Both the position numbers and the translations under genes were made by a program. The notes beneath the pieces are model-generated. The model saw only the letters and a list, made by a program, of their open reading frames with translations, was not told the DNA's origin and did no database searches. A stretch of 64,000 bases of DNA from Chrysomallon squamiferum (Eukaryota > Animalia > Mollusca). Within the stretch, counting starts at the first letter, position 1, and each line of letters opens with the position of its first letter. Below, piece by piece: positions 30,054 to 46,800 of the stretch. The stretch lies in contig CM022673.1 of the NCBI GenBank assembly GCA_012295275.1, positions 27,032,001 through 27,096,000 of the forward strand. Direction: 5' to 3'.

Positions 30054-33000
30054 GCATATGTATGTATTAATATTCCATTTAAAGAAAATTAAAAACAAGA
30101 AGCAAAACAGCCAGTAGAAGTAAAATAAATCATAAGAAAAAAGAGAAACATTAATGTTTTTTTTGTAGCCATAAAGTAGTTTCAAAAAATGAACAAAATT
30201 ACTTTAAAAAAAAAAAAAAAAAAAAAAAAAATCCTCAATCTCTTTTGCAATTTTGGAGTTTTTTTTTTTTTTTTTACTTATTACAAAAAAAAAAAAAAAA
30301 ATAATAAAAAAATTTAAGAAGTCTTTCTATATCTTTGGAAGATTGAATCTTGAATTTAATCAGTTTGTTCATTTCTTTTTTCAGCTATTATTCGATTTGG
30401 AATAGATTGAGTGTTCCATTGAAGAACTGTTGAAGCAGTTACAGATGTTCCAGTTTTCTATATTGAATTCCCAGCTGTATACTCCAAATTTCTATAGCAG
30501 ATTTTTATTTTAAAATTACTAACAATTTTCTATTAAAAAATAATTATTGAAACATTTCGAATTTTTGTCCCTTCATAACATTTATTTTTATCTTTATTAC
30601 TTATTTACTTATTTTTTATTTTATTTTTTAATATTTTTTTTTCATGACTACATATCTACATTTCTTTATCTTGTGTATACAGTTTCATATGGATGTATGT
30701 ACTGTGTGTGTGTCTATGTGTGTTTATTATTATGCATACTCCTCAACACAAAAACAAACACACGTTTAGATAATGTATATGTGAAATATGTTCCATAAAA
30801 TGCATGAAATTATACCACCAATATATTTATTTTAACAACAATGATTAAGTGATTAAGCATTAGAACTATAAACATATAAAAACCCATGAAATAAATAGTT
30901 TTTTCATGTTTAATACAAGTTTAATTAATTTCTAAATCAATATTATAAAATTTGTTTTAAAAATAAGGAAATAAAAAAAAGAGCTCTATCTCTCACCTGA
31001 AGTTTTGACAATGTAAAAAAAAAAAAAAAAAAACAACAACAAAAAACGGTCAATTTTCATTTACCTGAAAGGCTTTCCATGTTTTTAACATTACCATAGT
31101 TCAATACTCATCATATCTGATCTCCATCTATTTTCAACAGATCTAACTTTTACTTTTATTATTTCAATGTGTTGTTTTACGGTTAACATCAAACAGTTTG
31201 GCTTTGTATAAATACTGTTCAGTATCATTACTAATACTCCAGATTCATTAGTATATCAATACAATTATTTTTTTAAAATAATATTGATAATTCCGAAACT
31301 GTTTGAAGATCCCATTGTATGTGAATTGATCATTAAACAGAACAAGACAACTGAAGTTTCAGTTAACTGATAAAAATATTACATTCACTGAATCATTGCT
31401 TTCTGTTGCTTTTAAATGTTTTACAGTTTCAGGATTTTCCACAGAACTGTAATTATCAGAACATTTTAAAAATAAATTTTAAAAATTGACTGGAAAAAAT
31501 TAAATCTTTTCTTATGAGGCTGTGTAGATGGTAGCAATGTTTAAGAGCTACAAAGTAAAAAAAAAAAATTGTACTGGACACAATCTCATCTACAGACTGA
31601 AATGAGATTCCATTCAATACAGATGTGTATATGAAAGTCTCAAAAAAAGTATTCATATCATGACTAGGGTCTTACCAATATTATTGCCATTACTAATTCA
31701 CTACTTACCTGAACAGTGTTTAATTTTTATTTTAATTATTACTATCATATGAAAAGCAATACAAAAAAATTGTTTTGAAATACAATTAATTAACAAAATG
31801 AATTTTCATATAAAACGGCCATCAAAAACCGAGACAACTATAAACTAATGTTTACATTTTTGTATCTTCAGTAACAAAAATAAACATTTCCATATTTTAT
31901 TATTTATCAATGATGAGATCAAAATAAATGAGTTTTAAAAATGTTTGATCTTCAATCATATTGGCTAATCCTAGTATTTGTGACATTATTTTTTTTTTTT
32001 TTTTTTTTCACAGCAATTTGAATATTACTTAAAACAGATCATGAATAATTAATTAAACATACATTTTTTACTTTATTGATTTATCTACATAAAATGTCAG
32101 TAAAAAAGTAACAGACTACAAAGAAATACAAATTTGAACGAATGTTTAATGTCAGAACTATATTGGATGTCAAACAAAGTTAAATATACCAAAATGTTGA
32201 ATATTTTCTATATAAAAAATTCAAAATTAAAACTGGTCAAAAAAGAGTGTAAGGAGCTGTGGAAAAAGCATCACAGTTTATTTAAATTATAATTTATGGT
32301 AAAATCCTGTAAGTTTCAGGAATTTCAAAACAAGTTCAATAATGTGAACCATTACACTGATGAGATAAGTTCTGAAAATGAAACAAACAAGGAAAGATCA
32401 AATTTGATTTGTTATTTCCTTTATTACACCAGATATATATATATATATAAATCATATTATCAAATAGAGATTATAAAAAGAAAAAAATTAAAAAACATTG
32501 TTAAAAAGTGGTTTCTATTTTATTTATCATGATACTCTAATTTGCATTTTTTTTTGGTTATTTATCCAGATATATATAGATATACACTAAGAATTTAAAC
32601 AAATCACAATAAAAAATAACAGCTAATTATCAAAAACCGATTTAAATTCATTTAATTAAATCACATATATATATATATTGTTTCATCACAGTAAATCTAT
32701 AATTTTAATTTTTTTCTATTAATTTAAATCAAAATAATATAATAAGCACACAAAGAATGGATCTTGAGCACACAGTAAAAAAATATTAGATAACTGTTTA
32801 TGTATTATTTCATTTTAATTTAAAATACACCTCTAAATGAATTGCTGAAAATACATTTCAGTATTTCTTCCTGTTCAATTTAGTGTAAGTTTCAAAACAA
32901 TGCATGTATTGTTGAAACTGTTTAAATCAGCATGACCTATAAAATGTATATTTCAAAATATATTTTAAAAACCCAAGAACAAACAAAAAGATCCCAATCA

Positions 33001-34961
33001 AAAACATTTGTAAATATAGTTAGTATTTTTGGAAGTATAAAAATGAAAATAAAAAATCCAAATATAATCAGATGAATTTTGTTTAATAAAATTTACTAAA
33101 ATCAAACATATTATGATTAGTTACTAGTCTTAGATTTATATATGTTAACTTTTGTTAAAAATGAAAGGCACACAAAACATTAAAAAAAAAAATATCTTGC
33201 AAATAATAGTGTGTTCCCAGTTCAAAATATGCCATCATGTATTTTTTAAATGTCAGATGATCAGTTGAAACATTTCACTTGAAACTCTCCACAATATTCT
33301 CAGACTTGCCAAAATAGTCCAGTTATCTGGCATATATATTTTAAACAGGAGATTTGAAGAAAAAAAAGAAATGGAAAAAAACAACAAATAAACAAATATC
33401 ACGGTATAGAAGGGCCATAACTCTAACCAACTAGAATGTTCACTGGGCAGAAAAACATTATTAATGAGCTTATTCTTTGAGGAGTTTTTAAATTCTGACA
33501 TTTTAGAGATGTTATTTCAGTGCCGTCATTATTTTTAACCATTGCATCAGTCATATTTTCTTTTTCATCAAGTGTCAGACATATTAAACTGGCGATACAA
33601 TCAATGTCTCTTTCAATAAAAAAAAAATAATAATAATAAGTAAAATAAAAAGGTTTTAATATGTTAGTGAGAGAGAATGCATACCAAAACTTAGTTCACA
33701 GTTAAATTATAGGGAGAATTTATTCTGTAGGGTTTCCCAAATAGCATTATTTATCTTTATTGCACAATTTTGTTTTAAATATAAATAAACTGTTGTGAAA
33801 AACCAGCCATTATCACAGAAGTATATTGCTAGTTACTGATTATGAACTTTGACCTAAACAACCAACACAATTTACTTGAAATCATCATTAACATTTTGAC
33901 AAGCTAACAGATTTTCAAAAAATAGGTAAGAGAATATATATACAAACGTCAATGCACTACTTAAGATTTATTAGTCTAGATAATCTAAATAGCTTTGATA
34001 CAAAATTTATTTTCTAAACATTTATCAGTTCTTCAGCCAAAACTGTATCGATCCATGTAAGACAGAAAAAAACTAATTTCAAATAAACTATTTAAAATAT
34101 ATGAATTTAAAGTGCAGCAAAACAATATACAACTGCATAGGTGTGTTACAAAAAATTTGTACTGATGTATTTCTTACCAGAAACTAAAACCAACATTAGA
34201 TGTATACAGAATGTCAAAGAATATAATAAATATAATTTTGACTAACAAAGATTTAACAAAAAATAGAAAATAAAAAAGAAAGTAAAAAGGTAAAAGGGGG
34301 AAAGAAAGTAGCAACCCAGTCTTTAGGGTATATGTCTTCAATGAAATATTTCAAGTGTTTACAAACATTTTTACAAATTATTTTTCTTACAACATATTTT
34401 GTTGGTAAAACATTAACAGGATTCAGTTATTTATAAATAAAACCACACTGACAAATATTTATTCACTTAAATGTAGTGAAATGATGAGAAAAATTTAAAC
34501 TAATAGACATTTTATTCGTTCTGTGGTTTGTTATTTTTCTTAAAATGTAGTGAACACATAATCACATGTATATTAAACTATGTCTGGCTTCAAAACCTCA
34601 ACCATATGAACTGTTAAGTCTAAGCATTAACTGTTTTGAACAGACCCTTACCAAATTACATTATTTTTTAATAATTGTACCAACTGAATGTAACTGACAA
34701 TTTGTAGTACTGAAAATTTATACAAGGAACTGATTATTCCGAACACCTCAAATTAATTTGATAACAAAAATTAAATAAAATAAAAAAAATTTAAATTAAA
34801 AAAATATGTCCTTATTTAACAAACAACTGATTACTTCATTATTAATTCATACATTTCTGTTTTTGTACATACTCATTAATATATACATATACAGCTTTAA
34901 TTGGAGATAATATATTCACTGTTCAAGTTAAAGCTTACATTGTTATCTTATATATTTTCTA

Positions 34962-34994
<33 letters not shown>

Positions 34995-35853
34995 AAAAAT
35001 AATATAAAAATTTTTTTTTACAACCTTTCTAACAATAATTTATTAGTAGTAGTGGTTAAAAAAAATGTTATTAACAATAAGCACAGTGTTATTCATTATA
35101 TAACAAAAATTTCTTATAATAAAATCAGTGGATGTGTTAAATGCAGTGATTTACAAGAAAAAAAATTCATTTTCAATTGTGTATTTAAAAATGTACCTTT
35201 CAAAATCACAAATATAACCAGCATTTTGACTTTCAAATAAAATGTATGTGAATATTTAAATCATTTTATCAAAACAAATATATATTTATTTCATAATGAA
35301 TTAAATTTAAGTCTTTTATAGCTTTGCTGCCTTTGTTTTTTATAAAAAAAGATTATAAAATTAATTTGTTACCAAAGAATTACTAATACAGCTGTCTACT
35401 CTTTAAAAGTAACGTATATAAATTTCTCAAAAATGTATCAATAACAACAGATTTTGACAAGACACAAACAATGAATCTGAACTGAATAAATACCAAAATA
35501 TATAAATCTTAATAAAACAATAAATGTATATTTTTTGTAATGTAAATCAAACTGAAAGACAGATTTAAAATAAACAACCAAGTCAATTTTATAAAATAAG
35601 TGTTTTCAAATTAAAACATTCCTTCGTTAAAATTATACATAAATGCGACAAATTTGAAAAGGTTACTTGTAATAATCTTTCACTCTCTTAATTTCAACTC
35701 GATTCCAAAAATACATACACCGAAAAAAAGGTTATTAAAAAAATATCTATTTCATATGAAGATTTTACATTATTCTTTTTGTTTATAAGCAAATTTTGTG
35801 GCTCAGATGAAAGTTTCTACACTTATGGTGTTTCTGGGTTGTTGTTTTTTTTC

Positions 35854-38862
<3,009 letters not shown>

Positions 38863-39140
38863 ATCTTCCGCCTTCTCGATATTATTTCAACACAAATTGT
38901 TTACCTGAGCGTAGCACCCTCTATTTTAATGTTAAACTGATATTGTTAAAAAGATTCCGCTGAAACCAAAAAAGAGATTTAAAACAAACGTCCAAATACC
39001 AGTTATGGTACATTCAATATTTTGTGCCCTCTGGTGGAGGAATTCATATTATATTAGCTTGTACATTGACAATATTTGCTGCCCTGTCAGAAAGCGTGCC
39101 CGTCGTAGACGTGCTTCACAACAGCTAGCTCTGATTAGCA
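38863..39140 (-). promoter_or_regulatory. Probable promoter/5'UTR region of the CD225 gene
   Basis: CpG-retaining patch immediately upstream of the ATG, in contrast with the CpG-poor gene body. Confidence 0.45.
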
Positions 39141-39390
39141 CGTTAATTTTTTTTCATTCATTCATTCATTCATTCATTCAATATTTGCTTCAGATGGATA
39201 GTTGGACTACACAGGCGTATATTGCATCTGAGGCTGATTAATAATAAAACCAATTTTATGGAATGGAGAAGTTTGATGTTTAAAAATATTCCTGTGCAAT
39301 GATAAGAAATAATAGATTTGAAAAAAGTAGATAAAATATTATTGAAAGCGAGTCAATGTTAATAAATTTACATACATACATACATATATG

Positions 39391-39434
<44 letters not shown>

Positions 39435-39446
39435 TAGATATATAGA

Positions 39447-39919
39447 TCATGGCCGTAACTTGACTCTTTTTTTAAATGATACAAAAACACTTAATCTCAG
39501 AACGGAGCGGGGCAAAAAAGTTTGGGGGAGTAGTCTGGCAAAGAAAGAGGCAAAATCCTCGATACTACCTATTTCCTGATATCTTTTTCCTAGTTCATTC
39601 ATCAGAACTTTTATTGATTTAATTTTCATATTTTCTACCTTACCTGGCAAAAGGGAATATTTCGAAATCCATGTACATAAGAAATGCACTAAACAAACTC
39701 CAGAAGAATTAAATGTATTAATGTCTCTGGTAACACTGAAGTGGATACCGTTCCTATCGGAATACAGATATATATATTTTATATTTTTAAATAAAATGTT
39801 TGTACAAAAAAAAAAAAAAAAAATAAAAAAATAAATAAATAAAAAATAAATTAAAAAAAATCCGCCAATTTCGGTGTGAGGCATTTGCCTCATTTGCCTA
39901 AATGTAGTTACGGCCATGA
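39447..39919. mobile_element. Non-autonomous DNA transposon (MITE), hAT-like
   Basis: Perfect 14-bp terminal inverted repeats TCATGGCCGTAACT (39447-39460) / AGTTACGGCCATGA (39906-39919). Subterminal gaggcatttgcctcatttgcct repeat. No transposase. TSD not recognisable because the left flank is a (GATA)n tract. Confidence 0.75.
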
Positions 39920-39926
39920 GTGTAAA

Positions 39927-40656
39927 TCTGTATATATAAAACCCTCGTTTTCACTGACTAACAGGGGAGAGCATCGAGTTCGGGTCCGGGAAATCTGAAA
40001 GTCTGTGAAATCGTGATCATAACAATAATCCTAAAATTAAACGAAGTACTGAATTTTAGTACACATAACAGCTACATAATACAATAATGTAAAAACAATA
40101 TACAGTCCCACAAACTGTGTAAAGAAATTTCATACTTGTACATGTGAAGAAAAATGTAAGGTAGATTGGGTGGAATTTGTTAGATTAGGATGGTTACGGT
40201 TGCCTTGAGAGAGAGAGAGGCGTTGCCGTGATCGTTTAGTGGGTCTCAGAATAGCTTGAAATGAAAGTATTCAAGAGGGAAAGGGCTGTAAGTCCAAATT
40301 TGGTGATTTCTTCAAGATTTGGACCGAAAAATCGATGTCTATGAAATCGAGGGTCAGTATTACGTACACGCACACACACAGTCACATACACATACATATC
40401 GCCAAAAAGCATGACATGTATGACTTTCAAAGTTTCAACAGCTTTATAGTATTTATAGGTTTAGTGTTAACTGTCTGGATCTCCCGGCAGATCTGATCAG
40501 TCGGTGATAAGCACACAGTAGCTCGTTGTCTAACTTTCTCCGCTATAGAATCATTTTAATAGACAGAGTAACTTAATTAATGAAAAAGGCAAGAAAATAT
40601 TTCACTGAACAACTACAGACAGCCTCGAATTACACCCGGATTTTTATATTATCATA

Positions 40657-40702
<46 letters not shown>

Positions 40703-40746
40703 CATACTTGTTTTTTCCATTATCGGGCGTATCGGGTGTATATAGT
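39927..40746 (+). mobile_element. Possible decayed non-autonomous Helitron-like element
   Basis: a|TCtgtatatataaaa..cactgactaac 5' end and a cgggcgtatcgggtgtatatag|t 3' end resemble Helitron termini. The terminal CTRR is imperfect. Confidence 0.25.
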
Positions 40747-40991
40747 TATCATCTCCTCAAACACGCGCACACACACACACATACACACACATACACACAC
40801 ACAGTCAGACATATATTCATACATTTCTTTCTTTTATTAATTATTGACCAAACTTTTATCCTTTATTTTAAAGGGTCTGTTCGTCCTTGTACTAATTTCC
40901 CTTTATTTTCCTAACTATTAAATATTACAAAAATATTAAACATGATCTGTTTTTTAATCTCTTACATATTTTTTTAAATTATAACATTATT

Positions 40992-41068
<77 letters not shown>

Positions 41069-41209
41069 TACTTAATTTTAACTTCTTTTTTTTTTTAATT
41101 GTCGGTATTATATTATTTTACTTTTTTATTTTATTTTTTATTTGTTCTTTATTTCATTTTTAGTTTTTATTTATTTATTTATTTATTTTATTATTATTAT
41201 TATTAGTTA

Positions 41210-41240
<31 letters not shown>

Positions 41241-41687
41241 TAATTTTCACATTTTTTTTAATTATTATTATATTATTTTACTTTTTTATTTTATTTATTT
41301 CATTCTTTATTTCATTTCATTTTTTATTTATTTTATTTTATTTTATTTTATTTTATATATATTATTTTTGGGGGGGACTTAATACTACAAATTGTGTTAC
41401 GTATATTACTGATGACGATTCTATCATTTTGTGAAAAGTGTGATCCTCTTCTGGCACGCATCCTTTAACTCTTACAGCGTCTGTCCGCACGTAATAAATA
41501 AACTGAGAGATGTAATGACAGGACTGAGTTTAGCTGTTTGATCTAGAATACACACTTGTCAACAACAACTTTACAGGAACAGGACAAAAACGTAATTGAT
41601 TAATCATATACTAGGAACGCGAAAACAAACTGTTGAAAAAAAAAAAAATCTTGTTTATGTGGAGTAACCAAAAAAAAAAAAAAAAAA

Positions 41688-41750
<63 letters not shown>

Positions 41751-42127
41751 AATAAATAAATAAATATACGCAATTCCTAATTAACAGTTATATCTGTAAA
41801 TATGATTTAGAGTCAGTCCTTATTAATGAAAGCAAAAGGCGGATATTCTAGTCGATGATTTTTTAGTTGAAAATGTAACAAATTTATATAAGATTAATGA
41901 AATTCATCTCAAATATTTCTACTAAGATTTATTTTCATCGTGAATCAGTAGTAGACATAATAAGAACAAAATAGCAACGATTTGTTTTCTTCTCAACATA
42001 ATTGTACGGGATAAACAAAATTATCTCATCTTTGAAGGCGCACGCGTAGGGCCCACAAATGTCATTTTTTTACGACAAATGGCGCAGTGTTACTGATACA
42101 GTAATTAATGTCTTAATCATTGACAAA

Positions 42128-42462
42128 TTTGTGACAATTGGGGTCACCAAACACGTGTTCTAAAATTTTTTTTTTTTAATAAGTACTTACTAACCGTGTG
42201 TGAATATTTGGCTGAATATATTAGGTTATTTTTCTAAATAAATAAAAAATGTAAAATAATATTAATAGTTTGCTGAAAGTCACAGAGAAATTATTTTGTG
42301 ACAACTGGGGTCACCAAACACGTGCTCTGAAATCTGTTTTCTATAATTACTTACTAATTGTGTGTGTATATTTTTCTGAATATGTTAGTTTTGTTTCTAA
42401 ATAAATAAAAAATATAAAATAATATTAACAGTTTGCTGAGGGTCACAGAGAAATTATTTTGT
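42128..42462 (+). repeat. ~165-bp tandem duplication upstream of the A1CF promoter
   Basis: tttgtgacaa.tggggtcaccaaacacgtg..ttactaa..ctaaataaataaaaaat.taaaataatattaa.agtttgctga..gtcacagagaaattattttgt in two diverged copies (anchors 42131 and 42298). Confidence 0.9.
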
Positions 42463-42690
42463 TAGAGTAATATAAGATTTTAAATATTATGTATGCATTT
42501 TCATTAAACGCACATTTTATTACTTATATCAAATAACAAGATAAATAAATAAAATACTTTAATCTGTACAGAAATATTTATGATATATTTCAGTTGCGGC
42601 AGCTTAGATATATTTATTTATTTATTATTTTTTAGTTTAACTATTTTTAAAATTATTGATTATACAGTGTATATATAGACACACACAAAC

Positions 42691-42731
<41 letters not shown>

Positions 42732-42909
42732 CACCTTTTGATCTGTGAAATATATAGCTAAGTATATTAAATTTTTTTAAAGTTGGTCGTTTCTTTTTAA
42801 ACGACGAATGGCTTAATAATTCCGTCATTTATAGTTAAAAGATTAACAAATCAATGATATTTGAATTAAAGGTTCATTCTTAATCACTACATTTATTCGT
42901 TCATTCAAT

Positions 42910-43062
42910 AAATCGCGAATCCGCCCATACGAACGCTTTGACTAAAACATCCAATGAAGATCAAGACTGGTTGTTACTGACAAAGAGGAAGGCGGGGTTA
43001 TCTTCCATTAATTTGCATCACTATCAACACGTGAGCACGTGGTTTTCAAACGCATGCGCATC
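42910..43062 (+). promoter_or_regulatory. TATA-less promoter of the A1CF-like gene
   Basis: Dense motif cluster just upstream of the ATG: TCGCGA (42913), CCAAT (42951), GGCGGGG (42991), octamer ATTTGCAT (43011), tandem CACGTG (43028, 43036) and NRF1-like CGCATGCGCA (43051). Confidence 0.7.
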
Positions 43063-43139
43063 TGGTACTTGTAGCAGAAGACAGAAGTAAAATGATAATA
43101 TTTGGTGAGAGATTTCAGTCAGAGTGTGAACAGCTGAAA

Positions 43140-43820
43140 ATGGATAAATCGGCTCCACAGGGTGTAGCGGGTGCTCCGAACGAAGCTGCACTTCTGGCTT
43201 TAATGGAGAGAACAAATTATTCGATGATCCAACAAAATGGACAGCGGAAATACGGAGGTCCTCCACCAGGATGGGAGGGCCCCCCTCCTGTTCGTGGATG
43301 TGAAATTTTTATTGGTAAAATACCACGGGATTGTTACGAGGATGAACTTGTTCCCGTTTTTGAAAAAATTGGCAAAATTTATGAATTTCGTTTAATGATG
43401 GATTTTTCTGGATCTAATCGTGGTTACGCGTTTTGTATGTATACTAACAAACAAGATGCTTCACGCGCTATAAAAGAGCTCAATAATTTTGAAATTAGAA
43501 AGGGTCGCCTTTTAGGTGTATGTTCAAGTGTTGATAACTGCCGATTGTTTGTTGGAGGTATTCCTAAAGCGAAACAACGCGAAGAAATATTAGCTGAAAT
43601 GCATAAAGTGACGGATGGAGTTGTAGATGTCATAGTTTATCCATCTGCAGTGGATAAAACGAAGAACCGTGGTTTCGCTTTTGTGGAGTACGACTGTCAC
43701 CGTGCGGCAGCAATGGCCAGAAGAAAATTAATACCTGGGAGGATACAGCTGTGGGGGCACCAGATTGCTGTTGACTGGGCAGAGCCAGAACAAGATGTTG
43801 ATGATGATACCATGTCAACT
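43140..43820 (+). CDS. A1CF: A1CF-like coding exon 1 (N-terminus, RRM1, RRM2)
   Basis: ORF 43092..43889 of the track. Likely start is ATG 43140 (MDKSAPQG..); an in-frame upstream ATG at 43092 is possible. Donor ACT|gtaagt at 43821, phase 0. Confidence 0.95.
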
Positions 43821-46800
43821 GTAAGTACAATAAACCCGGCGGTTGTTATTTTGACTTTATTTTCTGACATGTCCTTATTAGTATTATAAACGGGGGAGTC
43901 GGTTCACTCTAGCTCATCTCATTGAATAGAAATAAACAATAATAATTGCAAAGAAAGAAAATTTATTAAACAGAATTTAAAAGTAAATAAATTAAATAAA
44001 TTAAATATATAGTTATTTTATTACTATTAAAATTAAAACTGAAGTAAATGTATATTTTATTTCAAAAACTATATAATTTTTTTATTTATTTAACTTAGTC
44101 TAACTTTTTATTTTTTTAAGTGGAAAATCTAAAATAAATAGAGATGTATGGATGGATGTTAAAATGTTCTGTTCTGAATTATGTATTTTTATTTTAAAAA
44201 ATTATTTCTGTTAGTACAGTTACATATCTTATATTCTAATAAAATGTGTATCTGTATATGTATGTATATTTTATAGTACTCTTTGAAGTATCAAAGTAAC
44301 AGACCATTTCACATCATTATTGTATCTGAACATTTTTCTTTTAATGTCATATTCCAAGTTTTAAAATAAAATATATATTTTTTTTATATATAAAGTTTTT
44401 CGTTACTAAATTGTGAATAGTTTAATGTGTTATAAATTACAAATAAGTAAATAGTATGGACACAACTAGTTAACTACTGTTAATCGTAATAATTATTGTT
44501 AGATGACAGAATTGAACTTTTCTTTTTTCCAATATTTATAGTTTGTAAAATAAAAAAAGACAGTAATTTATTTGTTACAGAGTTCACTGCAAAATTCAGA
44601 AAATCTAAATGGAAATATATTTGAAGAATATTTTAAGAATTAAATTAATAATATTTTATTTTATTATAATAAACCAAATAAGTGTAATAACAAACAAACA
44701 ACCCCTACTACTGTTTCATATGATTAAAAAAAAAAATTCTACTTCAGAATAACTGTTAAATGTTGTTTAAAGACATGCATAAATAATCTAGATTTTTCCA
44801 AAATTATTTATAGGTAGTACTGATCATGATTTAATATACAACTTTTATGATATTCATATGTGCACATTTGAATGTATTGTTTTCCAGGTTCGAATATTGT
44901 ATGTTAGAAATTTAATGCTCAGTACCAGTGAGGAAACAATTAAAGACGTGTTTGAAAAAGCAGTTGGAAAGGAAGATTGTATTGAGAGAGTAAAGAAACT
45001 GAGAGATTATGCTTTTGTGCATTTTAAAACTCGAGATGATGCACTTAAAGCAATGGAAACTCTTGATGGTGAGTTTTTTTGTGGATTACATGAACAATAC
45101 AGAAATAAATTTTGCATTTCAGTATTTGTTTCAAATGTGCCTTTCAATAATGAATATGGTTATTTTTAAATTTTTAAATTTTTTTTTTTTTTTTTTTTTT
45201 ATTAAATGAAGTTTGAATTTTAGAAATAAATAAACTATTTGAATTCCAGGTTCAGTTCTAGAGGGGTCAACTCTAGAAGTGGTATTGGCAAAACCTGTTG
45301 ATAAAAATGATTTTTCAAGAGTTCTACGTGGAAATAAGACTGCTGCTTCTGAGGTGAAATTTTATATACAACCAGTTTTATTAGTTAATAATAATTTTTT
45401 TTTTTTTTTTTTTTTTAAATTAACAAATCTGATATATATGTATATTTTTAAATTTTCTTTGCATTTTTATTACTCTCCCAGTAAGAAAACATACTAAGTT
45501 TTCTAAACCCTCACCAATTTTTAATACTGCTCTTGTCTACAAAAACAGGAGGTAAAAGAACATCAGTTAATGAAACTGAAGGTGGATTGTTGTTATATCA
45601 TTGGTTAGGACCGATTCAAATGTTAACTTGAATAAATTATTTTTTTACAAATTTCAAACTGTTTACTATGTTTTCAGTTGAGCAAAGCTGAAAATGCCAT
45701 AAAAGATTATTCTTTTTACAGGAAAATGAGACAAAGAAAGTTGTACCCCAGGTTTCTATTTACATTTTGTCAAAATAATGCTCAGTTTTATTTTTCAGTG
45801 AAATTTATTTATAAACTAACAGCATGTTGATAAGTGTTTTTTGCTTGTGCAGAAGAAAAAGTTTTTTTCGAATAAAGTAATGAATTTATTTTTATGCATG
45901 TAATTTATGCATGTTTAATTAAAAAAATAATCTGTAAAAAAGAAAATTGTTCAATGCAAGATTCAGAAAACCAAATTGGAAATCAGTTAAAATATTATGA
46001 GAATCACATTAATGATGTAATTTTATTGCACATTAAACCAAATTAGTATATGATCTTAACAAAACAGCCTCTAAAGAAGTAATATTCTATTCATCAGTTG
46101 AAATAGTGTAACAGACACAGATCTGGATCTGTTGTTAAGACATGTATAAATCTGAAGGTTTTAGAAATAATCTTTTTCATATGAATTTAAATTGAGGCTG
46201 TAACATTTGTGATAATTTTTACAATAATTATGTTTGTGTTACAATTTATTTAACTTCACAATTAAGATTTCCTTGAGCATCCTCATTATGAGCATGAAAT
46301 CATAATTTTGAAATTAGCTTTTGCTGCTGAACGTATGAATAACTAGAAGCTGTATTTTGCAGTTTTCAGATTTCAGAAATACAGTTATTCATACATGAAT
46401 TAATTTATATTAAAATGCTGTTACATTCATTTAAATTTATGTATAGATATATCCCTTACTAAAGGTTTTATTCGTAATTTGAACTACTTGACCTAAGCAG
46501 ACTAGCTTTTATTTGAAAGACAATATTACCTGTATATTATTTTTAACATTAATTAAGAATACATTTGATTAGATTTCTTACTCTTTATTTTTCTTCTTTG
46601 TTATTTTTTTTTTGTATATGTAAATTAAAGTAAAAATATTATTTAAAAAAATACTTGGGTAATTTAGTTTATATGCCTATGGTATTAATAGTAATTAGTA
46701 CTATAAAATAAAAATTACAAATACACAATCAATTCATTGAAAATGGTAACACATTTAAAAACCTTTAAAAATTTCAAGACTCTAATATTTTTTCTATTTA

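Noticed and set aside
33250-33530. aagggccataactc motif, and a similar gagttaactgccctt near 2237, resembling molluscan Helentron-type repeats
   Set aside because: Only a short motif; no element boundaries can be defined without a repeat library.
39447-39917. 156-aa minus-strand ORF as a transposase
   Set aside because: It spans the MITE including its poly-T tract, and has no DDE, BED or hAT dimerisation motif.
43024-43830. Minus-strand ORFs (43024-43266, 43424-43633, 43630-43830) and the plus-strand ORF 35798-36037
   Set aside because: Antisense shadows of real coding exons.
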